Made by a program: the position numbers and the translations under genes
Part shown: positions 11,628 to 22,700 of the stretch, piece after piece
Layout of the letters: the number at the start of each line of letters is the position of its first letter
How positions within the stretch are numbered: position 1 is the first letter of the stretch
Notes under the pieces: model-generated
Told to the model about the DNA's origin: nothing
What the model saw: the letters and a program-made list of their open reading frames with translations, nothing else
Database searches by the model: none
From: Chloropicon primus
Taxonomy: Eukaryota
Assembly (NCBI GenBank): GCA_023205875.1
Contig: CP060765.1
Location: forward strand, 1-64,000
Direction: 5' to 3'
DNA: 64,000 nt

Positions 11628-12179
11628 CTTGTCACGTCGTCGTACTCGTCACCGTCACCTTCACCCCTCGTCTGACGCGCCCCTCGTCTCTTCTCCGAGT
11701 CTTTTTCTTCGGCGGCGGCGGCGGCGAACCCGTTTCACTAGGAGACGTACCCAAGGAAAGGAGAAAAACAACACGACGGGTAACGTCGTTTTGGGAACAC
11801 CAAAACACATCAAACCCAACCCAAACCAACACACGAGTTTCACTACACGACGTCACACAAGAGTGGTGAGAACTACATGGTATGGAACGTCTTGTGTGGT
11901 AAGAATGTGCGCGGTCTCCGTCTTCCATCTCCGCAGCGAGGTTTTTTTTTTGTGTGTGTGTTTTTCGGAAGGCGGAGAGAAGAGAAAGAGAAAGCGGAGG
12001 GGAGGGGAAGCCAAGCCAGGGCTTCACTTTTGTTGTCGCTCGCTTTCACTCGAGACACACCAGACACAACCTTCGTGAACCAATTTACCCTAGGGAGGGT
12101 CTCGGTGGTTTTTTTTTTCCTGCACTGCACTGCACTGCTTTGCACTCCTTTGCATTGCATTGCATTGAGTATCTGTAAT

Positions 12180-12515
12180 ATGAGTGGGTGGGTGCGTGGG
12201 TTGGTGCATGGAGCGAGGAGGAGTGTGGGGATGAGGAGTGGGAGCGGGAGTGGCTCATTGAAGGGAGGAGGACCGCCGGGTGGGTTCTGGTCCGAGGGGA
12301 CCAAGGCGAAGAGCGACGGTTTGCTGTTCGGGGAGACCCCGCCCGCGCCGGGGAAGACCAGGAAGTGGGAGACGTGGGAAGCCCCTTGGTACGCCACACT
12401 CGTGGGATCCTTCGTCCTGCTCTACGTTGGCTTGAGCGCCAAGCCGGACAACGGCATCACGACCTGGGCGAGGGACGAGGCGTCCAAACGGCGGTACGGA
12501 AGCCAGGACAACTAG
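12180..12515 (+). CDS. NDUFB11: Mitochondrial complex I ESSS/NDUFB11-like subunit
   Basis: GLLFGETPPAPG..RKWETWEAPWY, a single TM, then AKPD..ITTWARDEA, as in plant/algal homologues. Confidence 0.8.
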   Translation: MSGWVRGLVHGARRSVGMRSGSGSGSLKGGGPPGGFWSEGTKAKSDGLLFGETPPAPGKTRKWETWEAPWYATLVGSFVLLYVGLSAKPDNGITTWARDEASKRRYGSQDN

Positions 12516-12972
12516 GAAAGAAGGGACCTGACCGAAACCTAGGACGACGACGACGACGACGGACCTTGGGCTCGCCTGCCTGGTGGTATGCTAGGGTCCG
12601 TCCCTTTCGCTCCGAGGTTGGAGTTCGACACCACTGCTTGCACTTGCGCGCACACTGGACTAGGGCGCGGTGTTTTGTTCGGTCTCGGGCTCGAGTGAGA
12701 GTAACTTATTTCATTTTCTTGTTTGAGCTTGCTTGCTCGTGGACGGAGAAAGGTTTTCGGAGAAAGGTCTTTTTCGTGTTTTTAATGCAGCTCATGTACC
12801 ACTACAACGTTTGGTTACTTTTGTTTATTCTCTTGTGCACCGCGGAGAAGAACGGGAGGTGCAGGCGGACGAGAAGAACCAAGCCAAGCCAAGCCAAGCC
12901 AAGCCGACGTTCCCGCCTCCCCCCCTCCCTATGCCTCTCCGGGCTTGCGTGCGTGTGCTCTCAAAATTGTGC

Positions 12973-13794
12973 TCAGAACTTGAGGAAGAACCTCAGGTAG
13001 GCGAGGAGCGTCCACGCCGAGAAGCCGAACAGCACGCCTCCCGGCACAAGCTTCTTGCTCTTGTGAAACTTCTTCGCGCAGTACGCGAGGACCAGGACGG
13101 AGAACACCAGGCCGAGCCCCGCGCCGAGGGAGGGATTGACCCCCATGAGCGCGGACGAGGCCACGAAGGGCGTGGAGAGCGTGAGCCCGCCGATCAGGCT
13201 CATGGTGCTCCCCGCCACGAGGTACCCGACCAGGCCGAGGGCCGCGTACACGAAGGCCGCCACCCAGCCCGCCTTCTTCGGATTCCCGCCGCCGTCCCCC
13301 TGCCCCCCTCCGCCGAACATGCCTCCCCAGCGCCCACCGCCTCCTCCCGAGGGCGGACCGTACTGAAAGGGCGCGGTGTAGTTCATGGGAGACTGATAGG
13401 CATCCTTGGACACCGTGTAGTCGGCCGGACAAGAGTAGGTCCAGAAGTTCGGTCCTCCCATCGGATTCGACCTCCCGCTGGACGACTCCACCGATTCCCT
13501 CGACTTGTTCTTGCCCCTCGACCGGCTTCCGTCCCTCCCTCCTCCCTTGTTGCTTCCCGTAGAGTACGGACTCGTCCAGATATTGCTGTGCTGTGCCCTT
13601 GTCAGCGTCATCCCCATCCCAGCACCACCTGGATTTCCTCCTGTTCCTCCTCCGTGTGTCCTGGAACAACCGGACGCCATCCTCATCCTCATCCTCATCC
13701 CCATCCCCATCCTCCCGCGGGTTGGCCTCTTCCTCACCCAGGAGGAGTTCCCTCTCGCCCCATGGGGAACAAAGTCCGTCGCCATCCTCTGCAT
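12973..13794 (-). CDS. TMEM14/FAX-like membrane protein with transit-peptide-like N-terminus (start uncertain)
   Basis: Gly-rich linker followed by small TM helices: GLVGYLVAGSTMSLIGGL...KKFHKSKKLVPGG. Confidence 0.7.
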   Translation of the reverse strand: MQRMATDFVPHGARGNSSWVRKRPTRGRMGMGMRMRMRMASGCSRTHGGGTGGNPGGAGMGMTLTRAQHSNIWTSPYSTGSNKGGGRDGSRSRGKNKSRESVESSSGRSNPMGGPNFWTYSCPADYTVSKDAYQSPMNYTAPFQYGPPSGGGGGRWGGMFGGGGQGDGGGNPKKAGWVAAFVYAALGLVGYLVAGSTMSLIGGLTLSTPFVASSALMGVNPSLGAGLGLVFSVLVLAYCAKKFHKSKKLVPGGVLFGFSAWTLLAYLRFFLKF

Positions 13795-14367
13795 TCCCCG
13801 CCGACCGACGATGAAGCTGCTCCTTGGCCGCGCGTGATGCAGAGCGCGCGAGCAAGGAAGGAGACACGGACGCGAACCCTTTCCAATTCCAAGCGAAGTG
13901 ACCTCCTTTTCCACCGACGTGGTCGACGTCGTCGTCGTGGAGCGGAGCGGAGCGGAGTGCGTTAGCGTGCGACAACGTGAGAGAGATCTTTCGTCTTGGT
14001 TTTGGATAAGGATAGGGTTTTAGGTCCGTCCGTTCGCCCCAACAGGCTAAAAGACACCAAAGACGAAGGGCGGAAGGAGGAGGAGGAGGAGCACGAGAGG
14101 AGCCTCGGTCCTCGGAAGCTTGGCGTTCTTCCCTTCCCTTCCCTTCGCTTTGGTTCGCTTTGCTTTGGTTTGGTTTGTCTTTGGGGCCAACACAAGACCA
14201 GCAGCAGCAGGAGGTGGAGGAGGAGGAGGAGGAGGACCACCACACGAACGCAAACGAGAAGCGGCTTGGTGATCACCAGACAGACCATTGAGATACACAC
14301 TTCAACACAAACACCTTAGCTTGGCTTGGGATTGGCTTGTGATTGATTGAAGTGAAGTGAAGTGAAG

Positions 14368-14983
14368 ATGGCGAGAAGGGATGAGGAGAGGAGGAAGGAG
14401 ATGTTGGAGGCCTTCGAGGGTTTTGCCAGCAAGGGGGGGTTCAGGGACAAGGTGGACCACATCACGAGCGAGGAGGTCGCCAAGAGGATGGGAGACGGAG
14501 ACCTCGTCGTCGTAGACGTGAGGCCGGACAAGCTAAGGGCGGTCTCGCGCATCCCGGGGTCGATGAGCCAGAAGGAGTTCGAGGACAAGAGGGCGGGTGA
14601 TGCCAGCTTCTTCCAAGGGAAGACGGTCGTAACGTCATGGTGAGAGGACGATCCCAAAGGTTTCCTTGTATCTGCCCATCCCAATCCAGCGGGGCAACTG
14701 ACTCACTCGGGACTGTGTTTGCTTTTGCTTTTGCTTTTGCTCTCGTGCTGAACGGATGACCAGCACGATTGGGTTCAAGGCGGGCCTGTTCGCCCTGAGC
14801 CTCGTGGAGAACTCCAAGGACCTCGTGGTGAAGAACCACGTGGGGAGCATGATGGACTGGTGCCACGAGGGGGGCGACCTCGTGGACGGCAAGGGGGAGG
14901 CCACCAAGAACGTCCACGGGATGAGCGAGGACTTGGTCAAGTACTTTCCGCACGCCAAGGGGTACAACATCGTCACCGACTAG
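14368..14983 (+). CDS. Rhodanese-like protein, 2 exons (14368-14639, 14764-14983)
   Basis: VVVDVRP...VSRIPGS; splicing the GT-AG intron restores the active-site loop VTSCTIGF; GSMMDWCHEGG. Confidence 0.8.
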
Positions 14984-15206
14984 GACTAGCGCGAGTGCTC
15001 TTCTTCTTCTTGTCAATAACAATAAACATGTCATGTATTCGTACGACCTATAAAAACTACAACAAAATGGTTCAGAAACAGCGGCCTTCTCTTTCTCTGT
15101 TGTCCTGGTTGGCTAGAGCACCCACCGTTCCACGACGACGGGCGAAGACGATGGCGGCGTGTTCGTTCAACATTCTGACCTAGACCACTGCAGACCGCCA
15201 CGGGTT

Positions 15207-15985
15207 CTAGCCCAGCTTTCTGCAGATGTACACGAAGTAGGAGTTCTCATAGTGCTGCCCCTCCTCGTAATTCTGTATGCTGAGCTCGTAATCCCCTCCC
15301 TCCAACGCGACCTTGAGCGAGGGCTTCTTGAACACCATGACCTTGACGTTGAACAGAGGCTCCTTGTTGGTGGCCTGGCCGTCAAGCAGGGCGAGGCGCT
15401 CCTCCGGCGGGCCGTACGAGAACACCAAGAGGGTCCCGTTCACCGCGAGGCAAGACCAAACGTTGCTCAGCATGGTGCTGACGTTCTCGTTGACGTCCGT
15501 GCCGCAGACCACGGTGTCCAGACAGCCCTACAAGAAAGTGGAACAACAAGGTTTGACCCGTCAGTATTCTTTGCCTGCCCAGTGCCATCCCGCCGGGCGC
15601 TTGGTTTGTCTCCTCTCGGCCTTACCTTGTCGATGACAAGCTGGAAGCTCGAGTCGATGTGACTCTTGAACGCGCTGTCGGTGATGTCCATGGTGTCGTA
15701 CTTGATTTCGGGCCTCGACTCCACGCTCCTCTTCTGCATCTTCTTCATCACGCTCTCCACGAAGTCCACGCAGAACTGGTTGTTCCTGTACCCGTCCTCG
15801 TGCATCTCCTCCGCCAGGGTAGAGTTCCCGCAACCAATGTGGAGGACGTTCATGTCCTTCTTGCCCCCAATTCTCTTCAAGAAGGGCTTGACTGTGGACC
15901 AATCCCCGTACCACTCGAACGTGTCCGCGTCGGCCCCCTTGTACCTCTGCTCCCAGTACGCCTTCTCCCCATAACTCGGTATCGT

Positions 15986-15988
<3 letters not shown>
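15207..15988 (-). CDS. SAM-dependent methyltransferase (EEF1AKMT4/METTL13-N-like), 2 exons (15988-15626, 15527-15207)
   Basis: YWEQRY, FEWY, VLHIGCGNSTL; spliced VIDK-GCLDTVVCG; FSYGPPEER. Confidence 0.85.
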
Positions 15989-16030
<42 letters not shown>

Positions 16031-16791
16031 CTCTCCTCTCCTTCCCCTTTGCTGCCAATCAATCCAACCAACCAACCAGCCCAGACTTCTGAGTCCTCAC
16101 AACGACGACGAGCAAGGGGTCCTCGACCCCGAAACGCTCCACCCCAGCACGAGTAGTCCACCCCCGAAGAACCTCCTCCCTCTGTTCCCTTGTCCTTGGG
16201 ATGACGACTTCCCCTCCTCGCTTGTCCCCCGCACACAGCCCCCCCCCCGAACCCCTCCAGCCGGCGTACACCTTACCCTTCCGTCACCCTACCCCCCCAC
16301 CCCCCCACACACCAAAACACTAACCCCTCCTACCTGCCCTTCCCCCGTTCCCCTGTCTGTCCCTCTCCTCCGCCTTGCCCCTTGGCTTGGCCCCGGCCTT
16401 GGCCTTGGGATGATTGGCCCCCCTCGTCCATCGTATCGTATTCGTTGAGAAAATGAAATTCCAAAGTATTCGTTGCTTTTGGGAAACCCGATCGTTGACC
16501 CGGAATACGGGGATTTCTACACAAAATCGAAAAAAAAAAAAAAAAAGGAAAAAAATTCAAATTCCAAAACGAACAGATCGATCGAAGTCGATCGTTGCGA
16601 TCGATCGGCAGTCGGCAGTGCGAGGAGGACGCGAGGCGATCGTGATCGATCGATCGAGGGAGCCGATCACGACCACGACACCCGGAGCGCACAACACCGA
16701 GCTCGAGTCGTCTTGCGCCTTTGGTTTGGTTTGGATTCGGAATAGGATTCGGATTCCCTTTCTTGTTTTTTGTTTTTCTTTGGCGTGAAGG

Positions 16792-19700
16792 ATGAGGACG
16801 AGGAGGCAGAGGCAGCTGGACGAGGAGGCGAGCGTCGGGGTGGAGGGCAATAACGAGAACAGCGGGGTTGTGGGTCACGAGGTGGCGGCGACTCCGTTGA
16901 GCAAGAAGGATATGCTCGCGCAGTGGAAGAGGACGCAGCTGGAGACGCCGAGGAGGGCGGCAGGGGACGGACAAGTCCTTGACGGCCTCGCTTCCCTGAA
17001 CGGAAAGGCGACGAGGGAGCCCCTCGGACAGAGGGACTTGAACCTCAACTCCTCCCTTGAGCAGATCCTGTCGTCCCAGCAGAAGAAGGAGGCCAAGTCA
17101 AGCAAGCTCGCGTGGATGGAGGGAAGCAACGAGAACGGCGACCTTCCTGCTTTCACCACCCCCTCGAGGGGGAAGCAGCAGACGGCCTCCCAGGGCAACG
17201 GGCCGAGCATGGTGGACCTCAAGGCGAGGGTCGATGTGATCCGCCGCGAGAGCATCATGAGGGACGTCAGGAGGGAGAGCATGAGCGGAATGAACCCCGC
17301 AACCGGCCTGTCCTCGCTTCTTCCGCAGACCCCAAACAGAAACCTCGCTGCCATGAACGCGAGCGCCGGCGTCGGGGCTCTCGGGGACCTCTCCATGAGC
17401 TTCCCCGGCTGCCTGAGCGCGGCCATGGCTTGCTTTGACGAGGAGACGTTCGTGAAGGAGTGCAAGGCGGCGCTGCAGTGTAAGATCAGATCCAGCAGGC
17501 AGAACCCGGAGACCCAAAGGGACGAGGCGGTCACGATCATCAAGTCCCTGAGGAGGTGCCTGAAGACCATGTTTTCCAAGAAGGACGCGCTTTCCAAGGC
17601 AACCGTGCAATTCGAGGACGAGGTCTCTCAAATGATTGCTGAGATGACGCTCAAGATGCAGACGGAACTGGACAGCTCCAGGCAGCAGTCCCTGCAACAG
17701 ACGAAGGAGCTCTTCAAGGATCTCAAGGACGGGGACGCAGGCGACAACTCCGAGATGTTCAACGAGCGCATGAGAAAGCTCGAGACGCTCGAGCAGCACC
17801 TTCAGAAGTGTGAGAAGGAGCTTGAGAGCGAGCGCTCTGGAATGAGGGAGGATGAGAGGAAGAGAGCCGTGGCGGAGGCCCAGTCCAAGCTTAACCGCTC
17901 GATGTCCGAAGTCGAGAAGAGGCAGTCCCAGCTCTCCATCAGAGAGGCTGAACTCAAGGAGAGGAGGCTTGAATGGCAGAACATGGAGAAGGAGTACAAA
18001 CTCGTCGCGGAGGAGGCTGAGAAGGCCAAGCAAGAGCAGAAACAGATTGAGGAGCAGAACAACTTTTTGCAGAAAAAGTGCACTAGCCTCGAATCCGATC
18101 TCATGAAGATCCAGGAAGAGCTCAGCGAGTCAAAGGACGAGGAGTTCAATGCGCAGCAGGCTTGCTCCTCCCTCCAGGAAGCCCTCGAGACCGAGAGGGC
18201 TGCCTTCCTTGAAGAGCAGAAGGAACTCGCTGATAAGAAGGAGGTGGAAATGAAATCTCTCGAAGAGCAGTTGTTCGCTCAGAAGGAACAGGAGATCAAG
18301 GAGGTGGAGGCCCAGATGAGCGAGGAATCTTCTAAACTCTTGCTTTTGGAGCGTCAAACTCACGAGAAGGAGCAGGCGGAGCAGTTGGCGGAATTCGAGG
18401 AGAGGCTTCAGAGAACGGTCGACAACGCAACCGCTGAGGTGAAGTCAACCATGGAGCAGGACTTTGCGACAGAGCTCAAGGCATTGACTGAGCAACACAC
18501 AGCTGAGCTGGAGGACACCCTTCAGGCCACGCGCTCTGAGATGTCCAACAGATTCTCCCAGGAGAACAGCAGTGCCCTTGACCAACAAAAGGAGACGATG
18601 TTGGCTGAATTCAACCAGACAATGGATGACAAGTTGGCTGAGCAGAAGTCCCAATTGCAGTACACATTCAACGCCGAAGTGGATCTCATGAAGGATACAT
18701 TTGAGGAAGAGAAGGCTGCGTTGCAGAAGAGTCTTTCCCAGAAGGCCGAGGAGGAGATGCTTGATGCTTTGTCCTCTCAGGAGAGCGAGTTGAAGGCCCA
18801 GGCTCAGAGCGAGCTTGAGTCCTCCCTCGATGCGCAGATGGAATCTCTCAAGGCAGACTTTGCGAAGGAGCTTGAGCAGGCCTTGGCTGATCAGAAGCTT
18901 TCCCTTTCAGAGTTGTCTTCCAACGAGATGTCTGAGATGCTCCAGAACCAGAAGGAATCCCTCGAGGCCTTTGCTACTGAGCAGATGGATAAGGCCCTTG
19001 CCGAATTGACTGAGCAGCTTACGTCTGAGAAGAACGCTGCCCTTTCTGCGCTCCAGGAGACCCTCGAGCAGCAGTCTAGGGAGGCCCTCGTGAAGGCTGT
19101 TGGTTCCAAGACATCTGAGGCCGAGGCTGCCCTCTCATCCATGAAGGAGGAGTACGCCAACGAGGTCACATGCTTGAAGGAGGAGCACGCCAACGAGGTC
19201 ACATGCTTGAAGGAGGAGCACGCCAACGAGATCACATGCTTGAAGGAGGACCTTACCCAGGCCGCCGCTGAGGAGAAGGCCCGCGTCATTGAGTTGGAGA
19301 GATCCAGCGCTGAGGCGAAGCTCTCTGAGGCCAAGGTTGCCTTCGAGACTCAGGCCATCAAGGACAGAGATGTTGCTGTTTCTGAGATGAAGCAGGCCTT
19401 GCAGACTTCTTTTGATGAGAGAATCCAGCTTGCCAAGGATTCCTATCAGCAGGAGAAGATCAAGCTGTTGTTCGAGCAGAAGCAGGTGGTTGAAAAGACC
19501 ATGGGCAGCAAGACCAAGGATGCGCTCAAGGAGCAGGAGTCCGAATTGAGGCAGGAGTTCGAGGATGAGCTGAACAGTGCTCTTTCCAGACAAAAGAAGG
19601 AGCTTGAGACCTTTGCTGCTGAGCATGAAACTGATACCATTTCTTCTTTGAGAAAAGAGTTGTTGTCTGAGAAGAACGCTGCCCTTTCTGCGCTCCAGGA

Positions 19701-22700
19701 GACCCTCGAGCAGCAGTCTAGGGAGGCCCTCGAGAAGGCTGTTGGTTCCAAGACATCTGAGGCCGAGGCTGCCCTCTCATCCATGAAGGAGGAGTACGCC
19801 AACGAGATCGCATGCTTGAAGGAGGACCTTACCCAGGCCGCCGCTGAGGAGAAGGCCCGCGTCATTGAGTTGGAGAGATCCAGCGCTGAGGCGAAGCTCT
19901 CTGAGGCCAAGGTTGCCTTCGAGACTCAGGCCATCAAGGACAGAGATGTTGCTGTTTCTGAGATGAAGCAGGCCTTGCAGACTTCTTTTGATGAGAGAAT
20001 CCAGCTTGCCAAGGATTCCTATCAGCAGGAGAAGATCAAGCTGTTGTTCGAGCAGAAGCAGGTGGTTGAAAAGACCATGGGCAGCAAGACCAAGGATGCG
20101 CTCAAGGAGCAGGAGTCCGAATTGAGGCAGGAGTTCGAGGATGAGCTGAACAGTGCTCTTTCCAGACAAAAGAAGGAGCTTGAGACCTTTGCTGCTGAGC
20201 ATGAAACTGATACCATTTCTTCTTTGAGAAAAGAGTTGTTGTCTGAGAAGAACGCTGCCCTTTCTGCGCTCCAGGAGACCCTCGAGCAGCAGTCTAGGGA
20301 GGCCCTCGAGAAGGCTGTTGGTTCCAAGACATCTGAGGCCGAGGCTGCCCTCTCATCCATGAAGGAGGAGTACGCCAACGAGATCGCATGCTTGAAGGAG
20401 GAGCACGCCAACGAGATCACATGCTTGAAGGAGGACCTTACCCAGGCCGCCGCTGAGGAGAAGGCCCGCGTCATTGAGTTGGAGAGATCCAGCGCTGAGG
20501 CGAAGCTCTCTGAGGCCAAGGTGTCCGCAGAGTTGCAGGCTGCCAAGGACAGAGCTGATGCCCTTGGCAACATGAAGGAATCCATGGAAGCCGCCCTTGC
20601 TGAACAGGTTGCTGCTGTTGAGGCCACATGCGAGAGCGCCAAGGAGAAGGCCCTTGAGCAGCAAAAGCTTATGCTTGAGCAGGAGGGAGCCAGAATGCTT
20701 TCTGAGGCCTTGTCCAAGAAGGAGAGTGAGCTTGAGCTTGAGCACAACACCAGCCTGCAGAATGCCTTGGAGAAGCAGAGGATCGAGATTGAAGATAGGA
20801 ACTCTGTTGAAAACACTGGATCCATGTCTGAGCTCCGCAAGACGCTTGAGGCTGAGTTCAAGGAAAGGCTTACAAGCAACCTGCATGAACAGCAAGCCAA
20901 GTTGATGCATGACTTTAACATGAAGTTGGAGGCGGAACTGAAGGGGCAAAAGTTTCAGCTTGGACAGCAGCATCAGCAGGATCTCGATGATATGATCTCT
21001 AACTTGGAGAGAGAGATGAAGGATACATTTGAGGAAGAGAAGGCTGCGTTGCAGAAGAGTCTTTCCCAGAAGGCCGAGGAGGAGATGCTTGATGCTTTGT
21101 CCTCTCAGGAGAGCGAGTTGAAGGCCCAGGCTCAGAGCGAGCTTGAGTCCTCCCTCGATGCGCAGATGGAATCTCTCAAGGCAGACTTTGCGAAGGAGCT
21201 TGAGCAGGCCTTGGCTGATCAGAAGCTTTCCCTTTCAGAGTTGTCTTCCAACGAGATGTCTGAGATGCTCCAGAACCAGAAGGAATCCCTCGAGGCCTTT
21301 GCTACTGAGCAGATGGATAAGGCCCTTGCCGAATTGACTGAGCAGCTTACGTCTGAGAAGAACGCTGCCCTTTCTGCGCTCCAGGAGACCCTCGAGCAGC
21401 AGTCTAGGGAGGCCCTCGTGAAGGCTGTTGGTTCCAAGACATCTGAGGCCGAGGCTGCCCTCTCATCCATGAAGGAGGAGTACGCCAACGAGGTCACATG
21501 CTTGAAGGAGGAGCACGCCAACGAGATCACATGCTTGAAGGAGGACCTTACCCAGGCCGCCGCTGAGGAGAAGGCCCGCGTCATTGAGTTGGAGAGATCC
21601 AGCGCTGAGGCGAAGCTCTCTGAGGCCAAGGTTGAGTTTGAGGAATTGGCTGCCAAGCAAAGGGCTGATGCCCTTGGCAACATGAAGGAATCCATGGAAG
21701 CCGCCCTTGCTGAGCAGGTTGCTGCTGTTGAAGCCACATGCGAGAGCGTCAAGGAGAAGGCCCTTGAGCAGCAAAAGCTTATGCTTGAGCAGGAGGGAGC
21801 CAGAATGCTTTCTGAGGCCTTGTCCAAGAAGGAGAGTGAGCTTGAGCTTGAGCACAACACCAGCCTGCAGAATGCCTTGGAGAAGCAGAAGCTTGACATG
21901 AGTGCTGAAGCTGAGGCGCAAATGGCAAAGGCTCTTGAGGACCAGAAATCTGAGCTGGACAACAACAGCAGTGCGGAGTTGGAGAAGGAGCTTTGCAACT
22001 TGAGGGACCAGATGCAATGCGAAATGGAGAACCTCCTGGCCAAGTCAGAGGCTTTGTATGAGAACAAGTTGAAGGAGCTTGGCCAGAAGCAGAAGCTTCT
22101 GTTGGAGGAGACCTTGCAATTCAGAGAGGATGAGCTCAGAGCTGAAGCCGAGGCATATCACAGCGCTGAGGTTGAGAGCCTGAAGGCCAGGCTTGAGAGT
22201 GACTTCCAGGCGGAGAAGAACACTGCCCTCGAAGAGCTTAAGGTCGAATTGAACGAGATGTTCTCCACTAACATGGAAAGCAAGGTGAAGGAGCTTACCG
22301 CTGAGATGTCTACGGCCCATGAGACTGCCTTGAAGGGCCAGAAAGATGCTTTGATGTTGGAATTCAATGAAAGCAAGGAGAAGGCCCTTGCTGAACTCCA
22401 GGCCAAGCTTGAGTCTGAGGCGAAGAAGGACAAGGAGTCTGCCCTTGAGGCGCTGAAAAAGGAACTCTTCGACAGCACCATCAGCGTCTTGAACAAGAAG
22501 ATTGAGGAGCTTGAGGAATCCAGAACACAGCACGCTGCTGAGCTTGACAAGATGAATGTGCGCCTCCAGGGTGCTCTTGCTGCCCTGCAATCTGAGAAGG
22601 AGGAGGTTTCCTCCCTCCAGCAGCAAGCGGCAGAGATGACCAAGGACCATGTTCTCAAGGTTGACGAGCTCACAGCTAGTTTGGACGATGTTCGCAAGGA

